Below, in pieces: positions 1 through 10,321 of a stretch of 64,000 nucleotides of DNA. The notes beneath the pieces were generated by a model. It did no database searches. It worked only from the letters and a program-made list of their open reading frames with translations, and was not told where the DNA came from. The DNA comes from an uncultured Chloroflexia bacterium (GTDB taxonomy: Bacteria; Chloroflexota; Anaerolineae; CG2-30-64-16). The stretch covers positions 64,001 through 128,000 of the forward strand of contig CAVZDU010000009.1 of NCBI GenBank assembly GCA_963774265.1. The letters run 5' to 3'. Position 1 is the stretch's first letter; every line of letters begins with the position of its first letter. The position numbers and the translations under genes are program-made.

Positions 1-328
1 AGTTCCAGACGCTGATCCGGGAGCTGGCGATGCAGGTCGTCGCGGCCCGCCCCAATTACGTGCGAATCGAAGATATCCCGACCGAGACGCTCGAAGAGCT
101 GAAGAACCAGTTCCGCCTGACCATCGACCCGAGCAAGACTGCTGAGCAGGCTGACCGCATCCTCGACGGGCAAGCTGGGCAAGTTCTACGAGGAAAACGT
201 CCTGCTCGAACAGCCTTACATCAAGGACGAGAGCCTGAAGGTCAAGGACCTGATGACCGCCGTGATCGCCAAGCTGGGCGAGAACATCGTCGGTCCGCCG
301 CTTCGCCCGACTTGAAGTTGGGGGCTGA
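1..328 (+). CDS. tsf: Elongation factor Ts, C-terminal part (5' truncated by window edge, frameshifted)
   Basis: [14 protein letters not shown], then in a shifted frame [26 protein letters not shown]; lies directly upstream of pyrH. Confidence 0.9.
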
Positions 329-336
329 GCGATCCT

Positions 337-1052
337 ATGTCCACCTTGCGCTATCGGCGTATCCTGCTGAAGCTTGGGGGCGAGGCCCTGGCCGGCGAGG
401 GCGGCTTCGGGATTGACCCGCATGAGGCCGACGTCATTGCTGGAAAGGTGCGCCGGCTGCGCGAGCTGGGCGCAGAAGTGGCCATCGTGATCGGCGCTGG
501 CAACCTGTGGCGCGGCAACGATGGCCAGGCGCACGGCATGGAACAAGCCACCGCCGATCACATGGGCATGCTTGCCACGGTCATGAATGCGCTGGCCCTG
601 GCCGATGCCCTCCGGCGCACCGGTCTGGAGCCGCGCGTGATGACGGCAATCGAGATGCGCAGCGTGGCCGAGCCGTATATCCGCGGCCGCGCCATCCGCC
701 ATCTGGAGAAAGGCTACGTGATCCTGCTGGCCGCAGGCACGGGCAACCCGTACTTCACGACCGACACGGCCGCCGCGCTTCGGGCGATGGAAATCAACGC
801 CGAAGTACTGATCAAGGCCACGAAGGTGGACGGCGTCTACGACAAGGACCCGAAGAAGAATCCGGACGCGGTCAGGTTCGACCACCTCACCTACATCGAG
901 GCGTTGAACCTGCGCGTAGGCGTGATGGACAGCACCGCGCTCACGCTGTGCATGGACAACGACCTGCCGATCATCGTGCTGGACCTGTGGCAGCCCAACG
1001 CGTCGAGGAGGCCGTCCTGGGCCAGCCAGTGGGGACGATCGTCGGCGCGTAG
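337..1052 (+). CDS. pyrH: UMP kinase (frameshift near 1000)
   Basis: [51 protein letters not shown]; C-terminus [10 protein letters not shown] in another frame. Confidence 0.97.
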
Positions 1053-1118
1053 CCCGTCCCATGCCCCTCTCTCGGTGATCGGGAGAGGGGTTGTTGCATT
1101 ACGACCTCAGGAGGTCTC

Positions 1119-1678
1119 ATGATCAAGGACATCTTGCACGATGCCCACGAGCGGATGGAGAAGACCATCGATGCGCTGCAGAGCGACCTGCGCGCAATCC
1201 GTACCGGCCGCGCCTCACCCGCGCTGGTCGAGCACGTGACGGTGGAGTACTACGGCACGCCAACTGCCCTGAACCAACTGGCCGGCATGACCGTACCCGA
1301 GCCGCGCATGCTCATGATTCGCCCATGGGATCGTAACACGATCGGCATCATCGAAAAAGCGATCCTCAAGTCGGATCTGGGCCTGACGCCCAACAACGAC
1401 GGCCAGGTGATTCGCCTGATCATCCCGCAACTCACCGAAGAGCGCCGCCGCGAGCTGAACAAGCAAGTGGCGCGAGCGCGTGGAAGAGGCGCGCGTCTCC
1501 GCCCGCAACATCCGCCGTGACGCGATCGACATGCTGCGTGACGCTGGAAAAAGAGAAGCTGATCGACGAGGATGAGCTCCACAAGGGCCAGGAACAGGTT
1601 CAAGAACTGACCGACAAGTATATCAAGCAGATCGACGAGATCGGGAAGGCCAAAGAAGCCGAAATCCTGGAAGGGTGA
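1119..1678 (+). CDS. frr: Ribosome recycling factor (frameshifted)
   Basis: [30 protein letters not shown]; C-terminus [26 protein letters not shown]. Confidence 0.96.
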
Positions 1679-1679
1679 C

Positions 1680-2424
1680 GTGGCCGAGAAACTCTCGCTG
1701 CCCCAACGCTACCCTGAAGTCACCCGTATCCCGTATCATGTCGGCATCATCATGGACGGCAACGGGCGCTGGGCGCAGGCGCGCGGGTTGCCGCGCCTGG
1801 CCGGACACAAGGCCGGCACGGACAACATGCGCCGGGTGTTGACCGCGTGCTCGGACTTCGGCGTCAAGGTGCTGACGGTCTACGCCTTCTCTACGGAGAA
1901 CTGGGCGCGGCCGCCCGACGAGGTCGCGGGGCTGATGAGCATCCTGGGCCAGTACATCCAACGCGAGACGCGGGATTTGCACGCGAACGGTGTGTGCATC
2001 CGGCACAGCGGCCGCCTGGAAGGCATAGCGCCGCAGCTTGCGCAGCAGATCCAGGACGCGGTCGCCCTGACCTGCAACAACAACCGTATCACGCTCAACG
2101 TGGCCTTCAACTACGGCGGCCGCGCCGAAATCGTCGACGCCGTGCGGCACATCCTGCGGGATGGGTATGCAGCCGGATGAGGTGACCGAAGAGCTGATCT
2201 CCGATTACCTCTACACGGGCGGTTTGCCCGATCCCGACCTGATCATCCGCACCGGCGGCGAGTATCGGCTGAGCAATTTCCTGATCTGGCAGGCGGCGTA
2301 TGCCGAGTACTACGCCACACCCACCTTCTGGCCCGATTTTGACGAAGCCGAGCTCGCGGCCGCGCTGAGCGAATACAGCCAGCGCGAGCGCCGCTTCGGC
2401 AAAGTGCCTGCGTCCGACGCCTGA
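1680..2424 (+). CDS. uppS: Polyprenyl (undecaprenyl) diphosphate synthase (frameshift near 2170)
   Basis: [56 protein letters not shown]. Confidence 0.96.
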
Positions 2425-2455
2425 ACCGGCCCATCCTTCGCCGACGGAGACCGCC

Positions 2456-3262
2456 TTGCTGCGTACTCGCGTGCTGAGCGTCCTGGTCCTGTTGCCCTTC
2501 GTCATCCTGCTCACCTACCTTGGCGGGATTCCCTGGGCCCTCGGCGTTGCCTCCGTCGGCGTCATCGCATGGGGCGAGATGACCCGGCTGCTCCAGCGCA
2601 GCGATTTCGCGGTCGATCGCCTTTTGGGCCTCGTCTTCATCGTTGTTGCGATCGTGGAGGCCTATCTGCGCGGCGCGGGCATCATCCAGGTCGATCTTCT
2701 ACGACCGCTCCTCGCGCTCCTGGTGATCTCGTCGCTCGTCTCCGCGCTGTACGACAAGTCCGAGCATCCCACTTCCAACTGGGCGATCAACATCGCCAGC
2801 GCGCTCTACCTGGGCTTCATGCTCAGCCACTTCGTGACCCTGCGAGAACGAGCCAATGGCTTTCACTGGGCTGTCTTCGCGTTCACAATCACCTGGATCG
2901 GCGACACCTTCGCCTATTTCGTCGGGAGCAGCCTGGGCAAGCACAAGCTGTGGCCGCGCATCAGCCCGAGGAAGACCTGGGAAGGGCTGGCGGGCGAGAT
3001 CGTCAGTTGCCTGATCGCCGGCCCGCTCCTGGGCGCCTGGCTCGTGGGCATTACCATCTGGCAAGGGCTGCTGGTCGGGCTGCTGATCGCCGTGCTGGGC
3101 ACATTCGGTGACCTGGCGGTGTCGCTCCTGAAACGCATGGCGCACGCAAAGGATTCAAGCCAGTTGATCCCCGGCCACGGCGGCATGCTGGACCGCCTGG
3201 ACAGCCTGATGTTTACCTTCCCCGTCGTCACCTATTTCGCACTCGTCGTGGCTGGAGGCTAA
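2456..3262 (+). CDS. cdsA: Phosphatidate cytidylyltransferase
   Basis: ISPRKTWEG, GDLAVSLLKR..KDSSQLIPGHGGMLDRLDS; synteny after uppS. Confidence 0.96.
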   Translation: MLRTRVLSVLVLLPFVILLTYLGGIPWALGVASVGVIAWGEMTRLLQRSDFAVDRLLGLVFIVVAIVEAYLRGAGIIQVDLLRPLLALLVISSLVSALYDKSEHPTSNWAINIASALYLGFMLSHFVTLRERANGFHWAVFAFTITWIGDTFAYFVGSSLGKHKLWPRISPRKTWEGLAGEIVSCLIAGPLLGAWLVGITIWQGLLVGLLIAVLGTFGDLAVSLLKRMAHAKDSSQLIPGHGGMLDRLDSLMFTFPVVTYFALVVAGG

Positions 3263-3266
3263 CCTT

Positions 3267-4802
3267 ATGCAAAACGAACCATCTCTTCGCCGACGGGCCG
3301 TAAACGCCTGGGTCATGTATGACTGGGCCAACTCCGCATTTGCGACGACCACCATGGCCGCAGTGCTGCCGGTGTTTTTCAGCACCGTGGCGGCCAAGGG
3401 TGCACTCACCCCCGTCCAGGCCAGCAGCACCTGGGGGCTGACCCAGACCATCGGCATGTTGCTCGTGGCGCTGACCGCGCCGGTGCTCGGTGCGATCGCC
3501 GACTACAGCGGGTCCAAGAAGCGCTTCCTGGCTGCGTTCGCCATCCCAGGCATCTTGGCTGCGGCGCTGATGGTGTTCATCAGCACGGGCGACTGGCTGC
3601 TTGCGGTCATCCTCTATGTCGTCGGCGAGATCGGCTTTTCGGGTTCCATCATTTTCTACGATGCCTTATTGCCCCACGTGGCGCGGCCGGACGAGATCGA
3701 CCAGGTGTCGTCGCGCGGCTATGCGATGGGCTATCTTGGTGGCGGCCTGCTCCTGGCGATCAACATCCTGATGATCCAGATGCCCGACGCGCTCGGCATC
3801 ACCGCCCTGGGCGCGCGTTTCGGCGTCGGCGGCGCCGAAATGGGCACCCGGCTGAGCCTGGCCAGCGTGGGGCTGTGGTGGGCCATCTTCTCGATCCCCC
3901 TCTTCCGCCATGTGCCTGAGCCGCAGCGCCGCCGGCTGGCGACCGACAAAATCGAGAACCCGATCAAAGGCGGGTTTGCGCGGCTGTTGGGCACGTTCAA
4001 AGAGCTGCGACTGTACCGGCAGCTCATGATCTTCATCATCGCCTTCTGGATCTACAACGACGGCATTGGCACCATCATCAAGATGGCGACGATCTACGGC
4101 GCGGAGATCGGCATCGGCCAGATCGACCTGATCGGCGCCCTGTTGCTGACGCAATTCGTGGGCATCCCGTTCTCGTTGATCTTCGGGCGGCTGCCGCGAC
4201 GGGATGATCCGCGCCAGGCCTTCTTCCTGGGCTACATCCTGTACAACGCGCTCACCCTCCCCCTGATCGGCTTCCTCGCGCCCCGGTTTGGGATCACAAG
4301 CGGGCCGATGGCCGTCGTCATCGTGTTGGTCAACCAGATCCTCGCGTACCTGCTGAGCCGATTCGTGCTGGCGCCCCTGCTCACGCCGCTGGCCCGCCGC
4401 CTGAATGCCAAGAATGCGATCCTGCTTGCACTCGGCGTCTACACCCTGGTGTCGATCTGGGGCTTCTTCATGGCGACCGCGGTGGAATTCTGGCTGCTGG
4501 CGACGATGGTCGGTCTTGTCCAGGGCGGCAGCCAGGCGCTCAGCCGCTCGCTCTTCGGCAACATGGTGCCCAAGGCGCAGACGGGCGAGTTCTTCGGGTT
4601 CTACGACATGAGCTCGAAGTTCGCGGGCCTGGTCGGGCCGCTGCTCTTCGCGGTGGTCGGCCAGCTCTTCGGGACCAGCCGGCTGAGCATCGTCTCGTTG
4701 ATCATCTTCTTCATCGTGGGAGGGCTGATCCTGACAAAGGTCAACGAAGAAGAAGGTGTGCGCGTCGCCCGCGAGGCGGACGCGCGGGTCATCGCGTCGT
4801 GA
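3267..4802 (+). CDS. MFS transporter, UMF1/ATG22-like family
   Basis: AWVMYDWANSAF, YDALLP, QGGSQALSRSLF, EFFGFY motifs; many TM segments. Confidence 0.88.
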   Translation: MQNEPSLRRRAVNAWVMYDWANSAFATTTMAAVLPVFFSTVAAKGALTPVQASSTWGLTQTIGMLLVALTAPVLGAIADYSGSKKRFLAAFAIPGILAAALMVFISTGDWLLAVILYVVGEIGFSGSIIFYDALLPHVARPDEIDQVSSRGYAMGYLGGGLLLAINILMIQMPDALGITALGARFGVGGAEMGTRLSLASVGLWWAIFSIPLFRHVPEPQRRRLATDKIENPIKGGFARLLGTFKELRLYRQLMIFIIAFWIYNDGIGTIIKMATIYGAEIGIGQIDLIGALLLTQFVGIPFSLIFGRLPRRDDPRQAFFLGYILYNALTLPLIGFLAPRFGITSGPMAVVIVLVNQILAYLLSRFVLAPLLTPLARRLNAKNAILLALGVYTLVSIWGFFMATAVEFWLLATMVGLVQGGSQALSRSLFGNMVPKAQTGEFFGFYDMSSKFAGLVGPLLFAVVGQLFGTSRLSIVSLIIFFIVGGLILTKVNEEEGVRVAREADARVIAS

Positions 4803-5758
4803 GCGAAACCGGGTCGGGCTCGCCCACCACTGCGACCGCCCAGGCCGCGAACAAGGGCGGGCCTCGAGTCAGCACCGATCTGTTGATGCTCCTGACGGTC
4901 CTCATCTGGGGCGTCAATTTTACATCCGTCAAGCTTGCGTTGGGCTACATGGCGCCGCTGGCTTACAACGCCGTGCGCTTTTCCCTTGCGACCCTCGTGA
5001 CAATGGGCGTCCTGGCCTGGCAGGCGCGCGCCACGAGCGATCGCTCTCTCCTCCGCGTGCCGCGGCGAGACATTGTCCCCATCATCCTGCTGGGTCTCGC
5101 CGGCCACACCGTGTACCAGGCGATGTTTGCGAACGGCGTGGCGCGCTCCACGCCGGCCAACGCATCCCTGCTGCTGGCCACTGCGCCCATCTGGGTGGCG
5201 ATCCTGGGGTATCTCCTGGGCATCGAGCGCATCAGCCGCCTGATGCTGGCCGGCATCCTGCTATCATTCAGCGGCATCATGCTGCTCGTCACGAGCGGCG
5301 GCAAAGTCGACCTGGGAAGCAGCTTGCTGCTGGGCAACGTCCTGTTGTTGGCGTGCTCCATGCTTTGGGCCGTGTACACGACGGGCAGTAAACCGCTCCT
5401 GGCCCGTCACTCGCCCCTCAAGCTCACCGCCTGGTCGATGTTGGCCGGCACCATCCCCCTGGTCCTGATCAGCATTCCCGACCTCCGCCGCCAGGACTGG
5501 GGGGAGATTCCGCCGATTGCCTGGGGCGCCTTGCTTTACTCGGCCGTGCTGGCGGTGACCGTGGGTTACACCATCTGGTACGCCAGCGTGCAGCGCGTCG
5601 GCAACGCGCGGACAGCCATCTACAGCAACCTGACCCCCATCGTGGCGATTCTGTTCGCCTGGCTGACGCTCGGCGACGCGCTCGCGCCGCTGCAGTTGCT
5701 GGGCGCCGCGATCGTGCTGGCCGGACTGATCATCACCCGGCGCGGGCGGACGAGATAG
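4799..5758 (+). CDS. DMT/EamA family transporter
   Basis: IWGVNF start, about 10 TM helices, YSNLTPIVA; GTGA overlap with upstream gene. Confidence 0.9.
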   Translation: MSETGSGSPTTATAQAANKGGPRVSTDLLMLLTVLIWGVNFTSVKLALGYMAPLAYNAVRFSLATLVTMGVLAWQARATSDRSLLRVPRRDIVPIILLGLAGHTVYQAMFANGVARSTPANASLLLATAPIWVAILGYLLGIERISRLMLAGILLSFSGIMLLVTSGGKVDLGSSLLLGNVLLLACSMLWAVYTTGSKPLLARHSPLKLTAWSMLAGTIPLVLISIPDLRRQDWGEIPPIAWGALLYSAVLAVTVGYTIWYASVQRVGNARTAIYSNLTPIVAILFAWLTLGDALAPLQLLGAAIVLAGLIITRRGRTR

Positions 5759-5767
5759 GGACCCATC

Positions 5768-6454
5768 ATGGCGCGACTGTTCAAGCTGGCTTATCAGTTG
5801 CGGATGCACCGGCTGGGCGACGGCCGGCTGGACGTCTTGGGGCGCAATCTTGCATTCCTCGCGGTTGCGGTCATCCTCGTCCAATGGTTATTGCGCGGCC
5901 GGCCCGCGCTGCCGGCGTGGCATTGGCTGACGCTCGGGCTGATGCTCTTCGGTGCGTTGGGGCTAGTCGTCTTGCGCATCTGGGCGGGCCGCGCCGGCTA
6001 CGTTGCGTTTACGCCGCAACCGGACCTGGCCGCGCCCGCGCCCCGCGAAATGACCCCGGATGACAAAGAGGCCCACTTCGCAACGGGCCGCTTCGAGGTT
6101 GCGGAGAAGCGGGGCTACCTGGCGGATTTGGCCGCCTACTGGCGCTCCTTCGGCACGCGCGAGCACGCGGTGATGGCCATCCAGCACGCCTCGCGGTTCC
6201 TGGTCGGGAGCCTCCCCGCAGAGCAGATCGGCATGTGGTACATCTTCTTCCGGCCGGAGGACATCGACGAGGTCACGCCGGGCGTGGTCGCCTTCGGCGC
6301 GGGCCGGCGGCCCGGCTTGCGCGTGGTCTATCGCAGCCTGCCACCCGAGGACGCGAAGAAGCCGAAGAAGCCGGTGCGGGATACCGTGTATCTCGCGTTC
6401 GAGAGTGAGGCCGGCCGGGATCGCGTGTGGGCGGATTTGGCCGCGGACGGATAG
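5768..6454 (+). CDS. Hypothetical membrane protein
   Basis: 228-aa ORF, two N-terminal TM segments, co-directional and 9 nt after the EamA gene. Confidence 0.7.
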   Translation: MARLFKLAYQLRMHRLGDGRLDVLGRNLAFLAVAVILVQWLLRGRPALPAWHWLTLGLMLFGALGLVVLRIWAGRAGYVAFTPQPDLAAPAPREMTPDDKEAHFATGRFEVAEKRGYLADLAAYWRSFGTREHAVMAIQHASRFLVGSLPAEQIGMWYIFFRPEDIDEVTPGVVAFGAGRRPGLRVVYRSLPPEDAKKPKKPVRDTVYLAFESEAGRDRVWADLAADG

Positions 6455-6596
6455 CGCCACGCGACCAGGTGCGAACACCTGCCGGGTTGGCGGGTCCACT
6501 CCCTGAAGTCCATCTAGGCTACTTCCCGACTGCGCCAGGTCGCGGCATCCGGCGTTGTCACTCGACGGGTGCGCTTCAGTTGTCGATCGTTGCAGC

Positions 6597-7178
6597 CTAC
6601 CCCTGCCCAATCTCACCGAGCGCCCGCTCAAGCAGGTCGTTCACTCCGAGACTCGCGGCCCACTGGTGCATATAGACAAGGTCTAGCCGGTCGCCCTGGA
6701 CAGCCAGCACCCCCAGGATATCGCGCCACTGTCGGTCGGATATCTCGTCGCCCAGGCGGTACCACTCCAGCTTGGCCAGGATGGTGTCTTCCGGGGTGGC
6801 AACGAAGATGACGCAGTCAGAATCAGGGTCCGCAGTCCACGGCTGTCGCCGTTCCAATTGTTGCCTATCGAAGGGCCTGTTTTTCGGGATGAAGACGTCC
6901 ACCTTGAACATGGACGCCAGGTGGATCAGGTTGAAGCTGCCGCGTTGCTGGATCGCATGGCGGATGGTGTCGATGTCGAGGTAGAACGTGCCTGCCAGAA
7001 GATCGGCGAACGGCCGCGCTTGTTGCAGGCTCAGATCGGCGACGATGTCGGTATCCAAAGTAGTGCGCACTACACCATGGATTGTGCTGGCGAGCGACCC
7101 GCCGATCACGTATGTCGTGCCCACCTGCTCCAGGGCGTCAATCACCTGCAGCGTCACGGCAATCGGTTCAGGCAGCAT
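6597..7178 (-). CDS. Nucleotidyltransferase-fold protein (putative toxin)
   Basis: YVIGGSLAS..G..RTTLDTD polymerase-beta-like motif, KVDVF, TPEDTILAKL, RQWRDI. Confidence 0.75.
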   Translation of the reverse strand: MLPEPIAVTLQVIDALEQVGTTYVIGGSLASTIHGVVRTTLDTDIVADLSLQQARPFADLLAGTFYLDIDTIRHAIQQRGSFNLIHLASMFKVDVFIPKNRPFDRQQLERRQPWTADPDSDCVIFVATPEDTILAKLEWYRLGDEISDRQWRDILGVLAVQGDRLDLVYMHQWAASLGVNDLLERALGEIGQG

Positions 7179-7434
7179 GGGCTGCCTCCGGCAAGCGCGG
7201 ACCGTAAGCCCGGGCTGCCAACTCCGGACCAAGCAGGAGGTCCGCCAGGTAACGCTGTAACTGCGCCTCGGTCGCCTCAGGGTGGCGCACCTGCAAACCC
7301 TGGAGCGCCAACTGGCGGACAGCCGCGTTCATCTGCCCTAACATCTCGAGTTTACGAGCAACAGACGCATGACGCAACAGGTCGATCAAGACCCGCTCGG
7401 CCTGCGACCCGGTATCGGGGAACAACGCTGTCAT
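7168..7434 (-). CDS. Small helical protein overlapping the nucleotidyltransferase gene (putative antitoxin)
   Basis: 88 aa MTALFPDTGSQAERV..RHPEATEAQL..LLLGPELAARAYG; 11-nt overlap with the downstream gene. Confidence 0.65.
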   Translation of the reverse strand: MTALFPDTGSQAERVLIDLLRHASVARKLEMLGQMNAAVRQLALQGLQVRHPEATEAQLQRYLADLLLGPELAARAYGPRLPEAAHAA

Positions 7435-7496
7435 ATCGCCACTACTCCATTGGGGCCATTCTAGCATGTCGGTAGAAAGCTGTAAACGCGGCTCCA

Positions 7497-9332
7497 CTAT
7501 GAAGCGACGCCCCCCTCCTCGACAGTCTGCTGCGGGCGATCCTCCCAATCGATCCAATCGACGTTCTCTGCGCGCACGTACGCGGTGACCGTCACCCCGA
7601 TGGTGCGGAAGGAGTAGCGCTCGCCAAACCGGTCGAATAAGCCGAAGCGCTTGAGCTTGTCTTTGACCGGGCCTTTCATCTCGGCGAAGCACAACTGGAT
7701 CCCGGCGGCCCGCAGTTCCTTTTCCAGGCTATCCAGCATGTCCGCTGCGGTGATGTCGATGCTGGTCACCGGCTCCGCGGCCACCGCCAGCCAGCGCACG
7801 GGCGTCGGCGACTCATCCACTGCATCCAGCACACTGTTGCGGAACTGCTCGGCGTTGGCAAAGAAGAGCGGCGCGTCCCAGCGAAACAGGACCAGTCCCG
7901 GGATGCGCCTGGCCTCGGGATGACGGGCGATGTCGTGATAGCCCTTGAGGCCATCCACGCGGCCCAACACGGCATGGTGCGGCCGCCAGCCTTCCCACAG
8001 AAACTCGATCACCGCGATGCCGATGGCCGCCAGGATACCGGGCACCGGTCCCAGCAGCGCCACACCGGCGAAGCAGGCGATCGACAGCCAGAATTCCCAG
8101 CGCTGCATGCGGTAGAGCCGGCGCAGGTCCTTCACCTCGAAGAGCCCGATCGCCGCCGCAATCACGATTGCCGCCAACGCTGTGTTGGGCAGGTTTTGCA
8201 GCAGGTTCGGCGCGGCAAACAATAGGAGTACGACCGACAGCGCGCCCACCACCCCGGTCAGCTGCGTGCGCGCGCCCGCCGCTTCGGCCACGGGCGTGCG
8301 TGACGCGCTGCTGTTGATCGGAAAGCCCTGGAAAAGACCGGCGGCCAGGTTGGCCACGCCGAGCCCCACCATTTCGCGATTTGGGTCGACGTATTCGCCA
8401 ATCTTGGCCGCGTAGTTCCGCGATAACACGCTCGTCTGCGCAAAAGAAACCGCCACGATGGCGATGGCGCCAATCAGGAGCGATGTGAGGTCCTGCGAGC
8501 TCACGATGGGCAGGGTCAGTGTGGGTAAGCCCTGGGGCAGTTGGCCGACCACTGAAACGCCCGCCCGGCGGGCCAGGTCCAGCACGGTCACAATCAGGGT
8601 GGCGCCCACCACGGAAACCAGCACCGCCGGCACACGCTTCCGGCGCTTGAGAACGAGGACCACCAAAAGCGTGCCTGCCCCCAGCGCCAGGCTGACCCAA
8701 TTGGTGCGGCCTGCCACCACGGCCCCGCCGACTTCCCACAGCCTCGGCAGCAGCCCGCCGGCGCTGACCGAAAACCCAAACAGCTTAGGCAGCTGGCTGA
8801 CGAGCACGGTCAGCGCGATGCCGTTCATATAGCCGTAGCGAATCGGCTTCGAAAGCAGCTCGGTAATGAAGCCGACGCGTGCCAGTCCTACCAGGATACA
8901 CATCAACCCGGAGATGATGGCGAGCGCTCCCGCCAACACCACCGCGCGACCGGCGTCGCCCCCTGCCAGCGGCAGGATCACTGCCGCGATCATCGGCGCC
9001 AGTGCAGAATCGGGACCCACGATCAGGATGCGGCTGGGCCCAAAGACGGCGTACGCCAGCAGCGGAAAGATCGTGGCATACAGCCCGTAGATCGCCGGCA
9101 AGCCCGACGCCTGGGCGTAGGCCAGGCCTACCGGCACCAACAGTGCCGTGAGCACAATGCCGGCCACCAGGTCATTCTGCAGCCAGGACAGCTGGTAGTG
9201 CCGGATGACGTGCACGCCCGGCAGCCATGCCAGCACGCCCTGTTGGTCTTTGAAAGGCTTCGCGCGCAAGATCCTGCCGGGTTGGCTCGCCAGCGCCTGG
9301 GTGGGATCCGTACCCGATTCAGCGCTCATCAT
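7497..9332 (-). CDS. sulP: SulP family anion permease with STAS domain
   Basis: DLVAGIVL..LVPVGLAYA, GLYA, SSASRT, PLFFANA, STAS segment VTSIDITAA. Confidence 0.93.
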   Translation of the reverse strand: MMSAESGTDPTQALASQPGRILRAKPFKDQQGVLAWLPGVHVIRHYQLSWLQNDLVAGIVLTALLVPVGLAYAQASGLPAIYGLYATIFPLLAYAVFGPSRILIVGPDSALAPMIAAVILPLAGGDAGRAVVLAGALAIISGLMCILVGLARVGFITELLSKPIRYGYMNGIALTVLVSQLPKLFGFSVSAGGLLPRLWEVGGAVVAGRTNWVSLALGAGTLLVVLVLKRRKRVPAVLVSVVGATLIVTVLDLARRAGVSVVGQLPQGLPTLTLPIVSSQDLTSLLIGAIAIVAVSFAQTSVLSRNYAAKIGEYVDPNREMVGLGVANLAAGLFQGFPINSSASRTPVAEAAGARTQLTGVVGALSVVLLLFAAPNLLQNLPNTALAAIVIAAAIGLFEVKDLRRLYRMQRWEFWLSIACFAGVALLGPVPGILAAIGIAVIEFLWEGWRPHHAVLGRVDGLKGYHDIARHPEARRIPGLVLFRWDAPLFFANAEQFRNSVLDAVDESPTPVRWLAVAAEPVTSIDITAADMLDSLEKELRAAGIQLCFAEMKGPVKDKLKRFGLFDRFGERYSFRTIGVTVTAYVRAENVDWIDWEDRPQQTVEEGGVAS

Positions 9333-9606
9333 CTGCCCCCCATCTTCAGAGCAACACTCCGGAAAGCCGCTCTCTTGCGACTCGTCCGGTGAAATACTCT
9401 TCCGCCAAGAACCCTGTGCTGCATTATCGCGCCGGTTGTTGACGATGTGAAGTGATCGTGACGCCGGCCGGGCCCGTCCACCGCTCGACTTATATCGCCC
9501 ACAAACATTGATTGCGTTCCGTAATATGCGCCGTAACCAAGGCATCGATACAATCGTTAGTAAAGATGAAGCACCCGTTCCCGGTTCAGGCGGCGAAGGA
9601 GGCCAT

Positions 9607-9966
9607 ATGGCTACCAAAACTCGGGTAGCAGTGTGCGGCAGTTGCCTCTACATGGCAGGTCTCGCGGCTGGCCTGCAAACGAACCCGGCCCTCGATGTCG
9701 TGCACATCCGCGCGAGCTCGCCCGCCTTACCGCAACGGCTCACCGAGCTCGCGCCGGCGGTGATCGCGTATGCACCCGGAGAAATGCCCGAAGCCGTAAC
9801 CGCCTCGCTGCTCGATGCGCGGCCGGACCTGCTCCTGGTCTGTGTGGATTGGACGACCAACGAAATGCAGGCATCTTCCGGCCAGCGTGCCACGGTGCTA
9901 TCGGCGAACGACTTCCTGGAATTGATCGCCGTATCTGACGACGGATCGACTCGTCAGACCGGCTGA
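9607..9966 (+). CDS. Hypothetical protein, degenerate receiver-like alpha/beta pattern
   Basis: GGAGG RBS; MATKTRVAVCGSCLYMAGLAAGL..LAPAVIAY..RPDLLLVCVD. Confidence 0.55.
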   Translation: MATKTRVAVCGSCLYMAGLAAGLQTNPALDVVHIRASSPALPQRLTELAPAVIAYAPGEMPEAVTASLLDARPDLLLVCVDWTTNEMQASSGQRATVLSANDFLELIAVSDDGSTRQTG

Positions 9967-9967
9967 G

Positions 9968-10306
9968 GAATGCCGCCGGCTGGGTCGTGCGGTTTCCGCT
10001 CCGCACCGGCACCGACTGCCTCAGGCTGCCCACTCGCTCCCAGCCCCATGGCACGCCCTTCTCAAGCACGACCTCCACTCTTTCGTCGTAGCGCCTGTTC
10101 TTGACCTCCACATTGACCTGGCGCGTCTGGCCGGCCCTGGCAGACTGCGGCGCGGCCAGTTTGGTGCTCGTCGCGAATCGTCCATCGGGAGTGGTGCAGG
10201 TCAGCATCACGGCGTACTCCCCATCAGCTAAGTAGCGGTGGCTGGGGTAGGCGCCCACGGTCGTCGTTCCATTCCCCAGGTCCCAGTCCTGCCGCACGAT
10301 TCCCAC
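9968..10306 (-). pseudogene. PKD-domain protein fragment
   Basis: WDLGNGTT..PSHRYLADGEYAVMLTCTTPDG is a PKD signature; no proper start, and the frame runs into the opposite gene. Confidence 0.6.
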
Positions 10307-10321
10307 TCCGGCAGTCTCTTG

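Noticed and set aside
3262-3267. Absence of dxr/rseP after cdsA
   Set aside because: Common gene-order variation; nothing can be concluded from one window
6461-6543. Imperfect inverted repeat (GCGACC..GGTCGC) between convergent genes as a MITE
   Set aside because: The arms pair poorly and no second copy or target duplication was found
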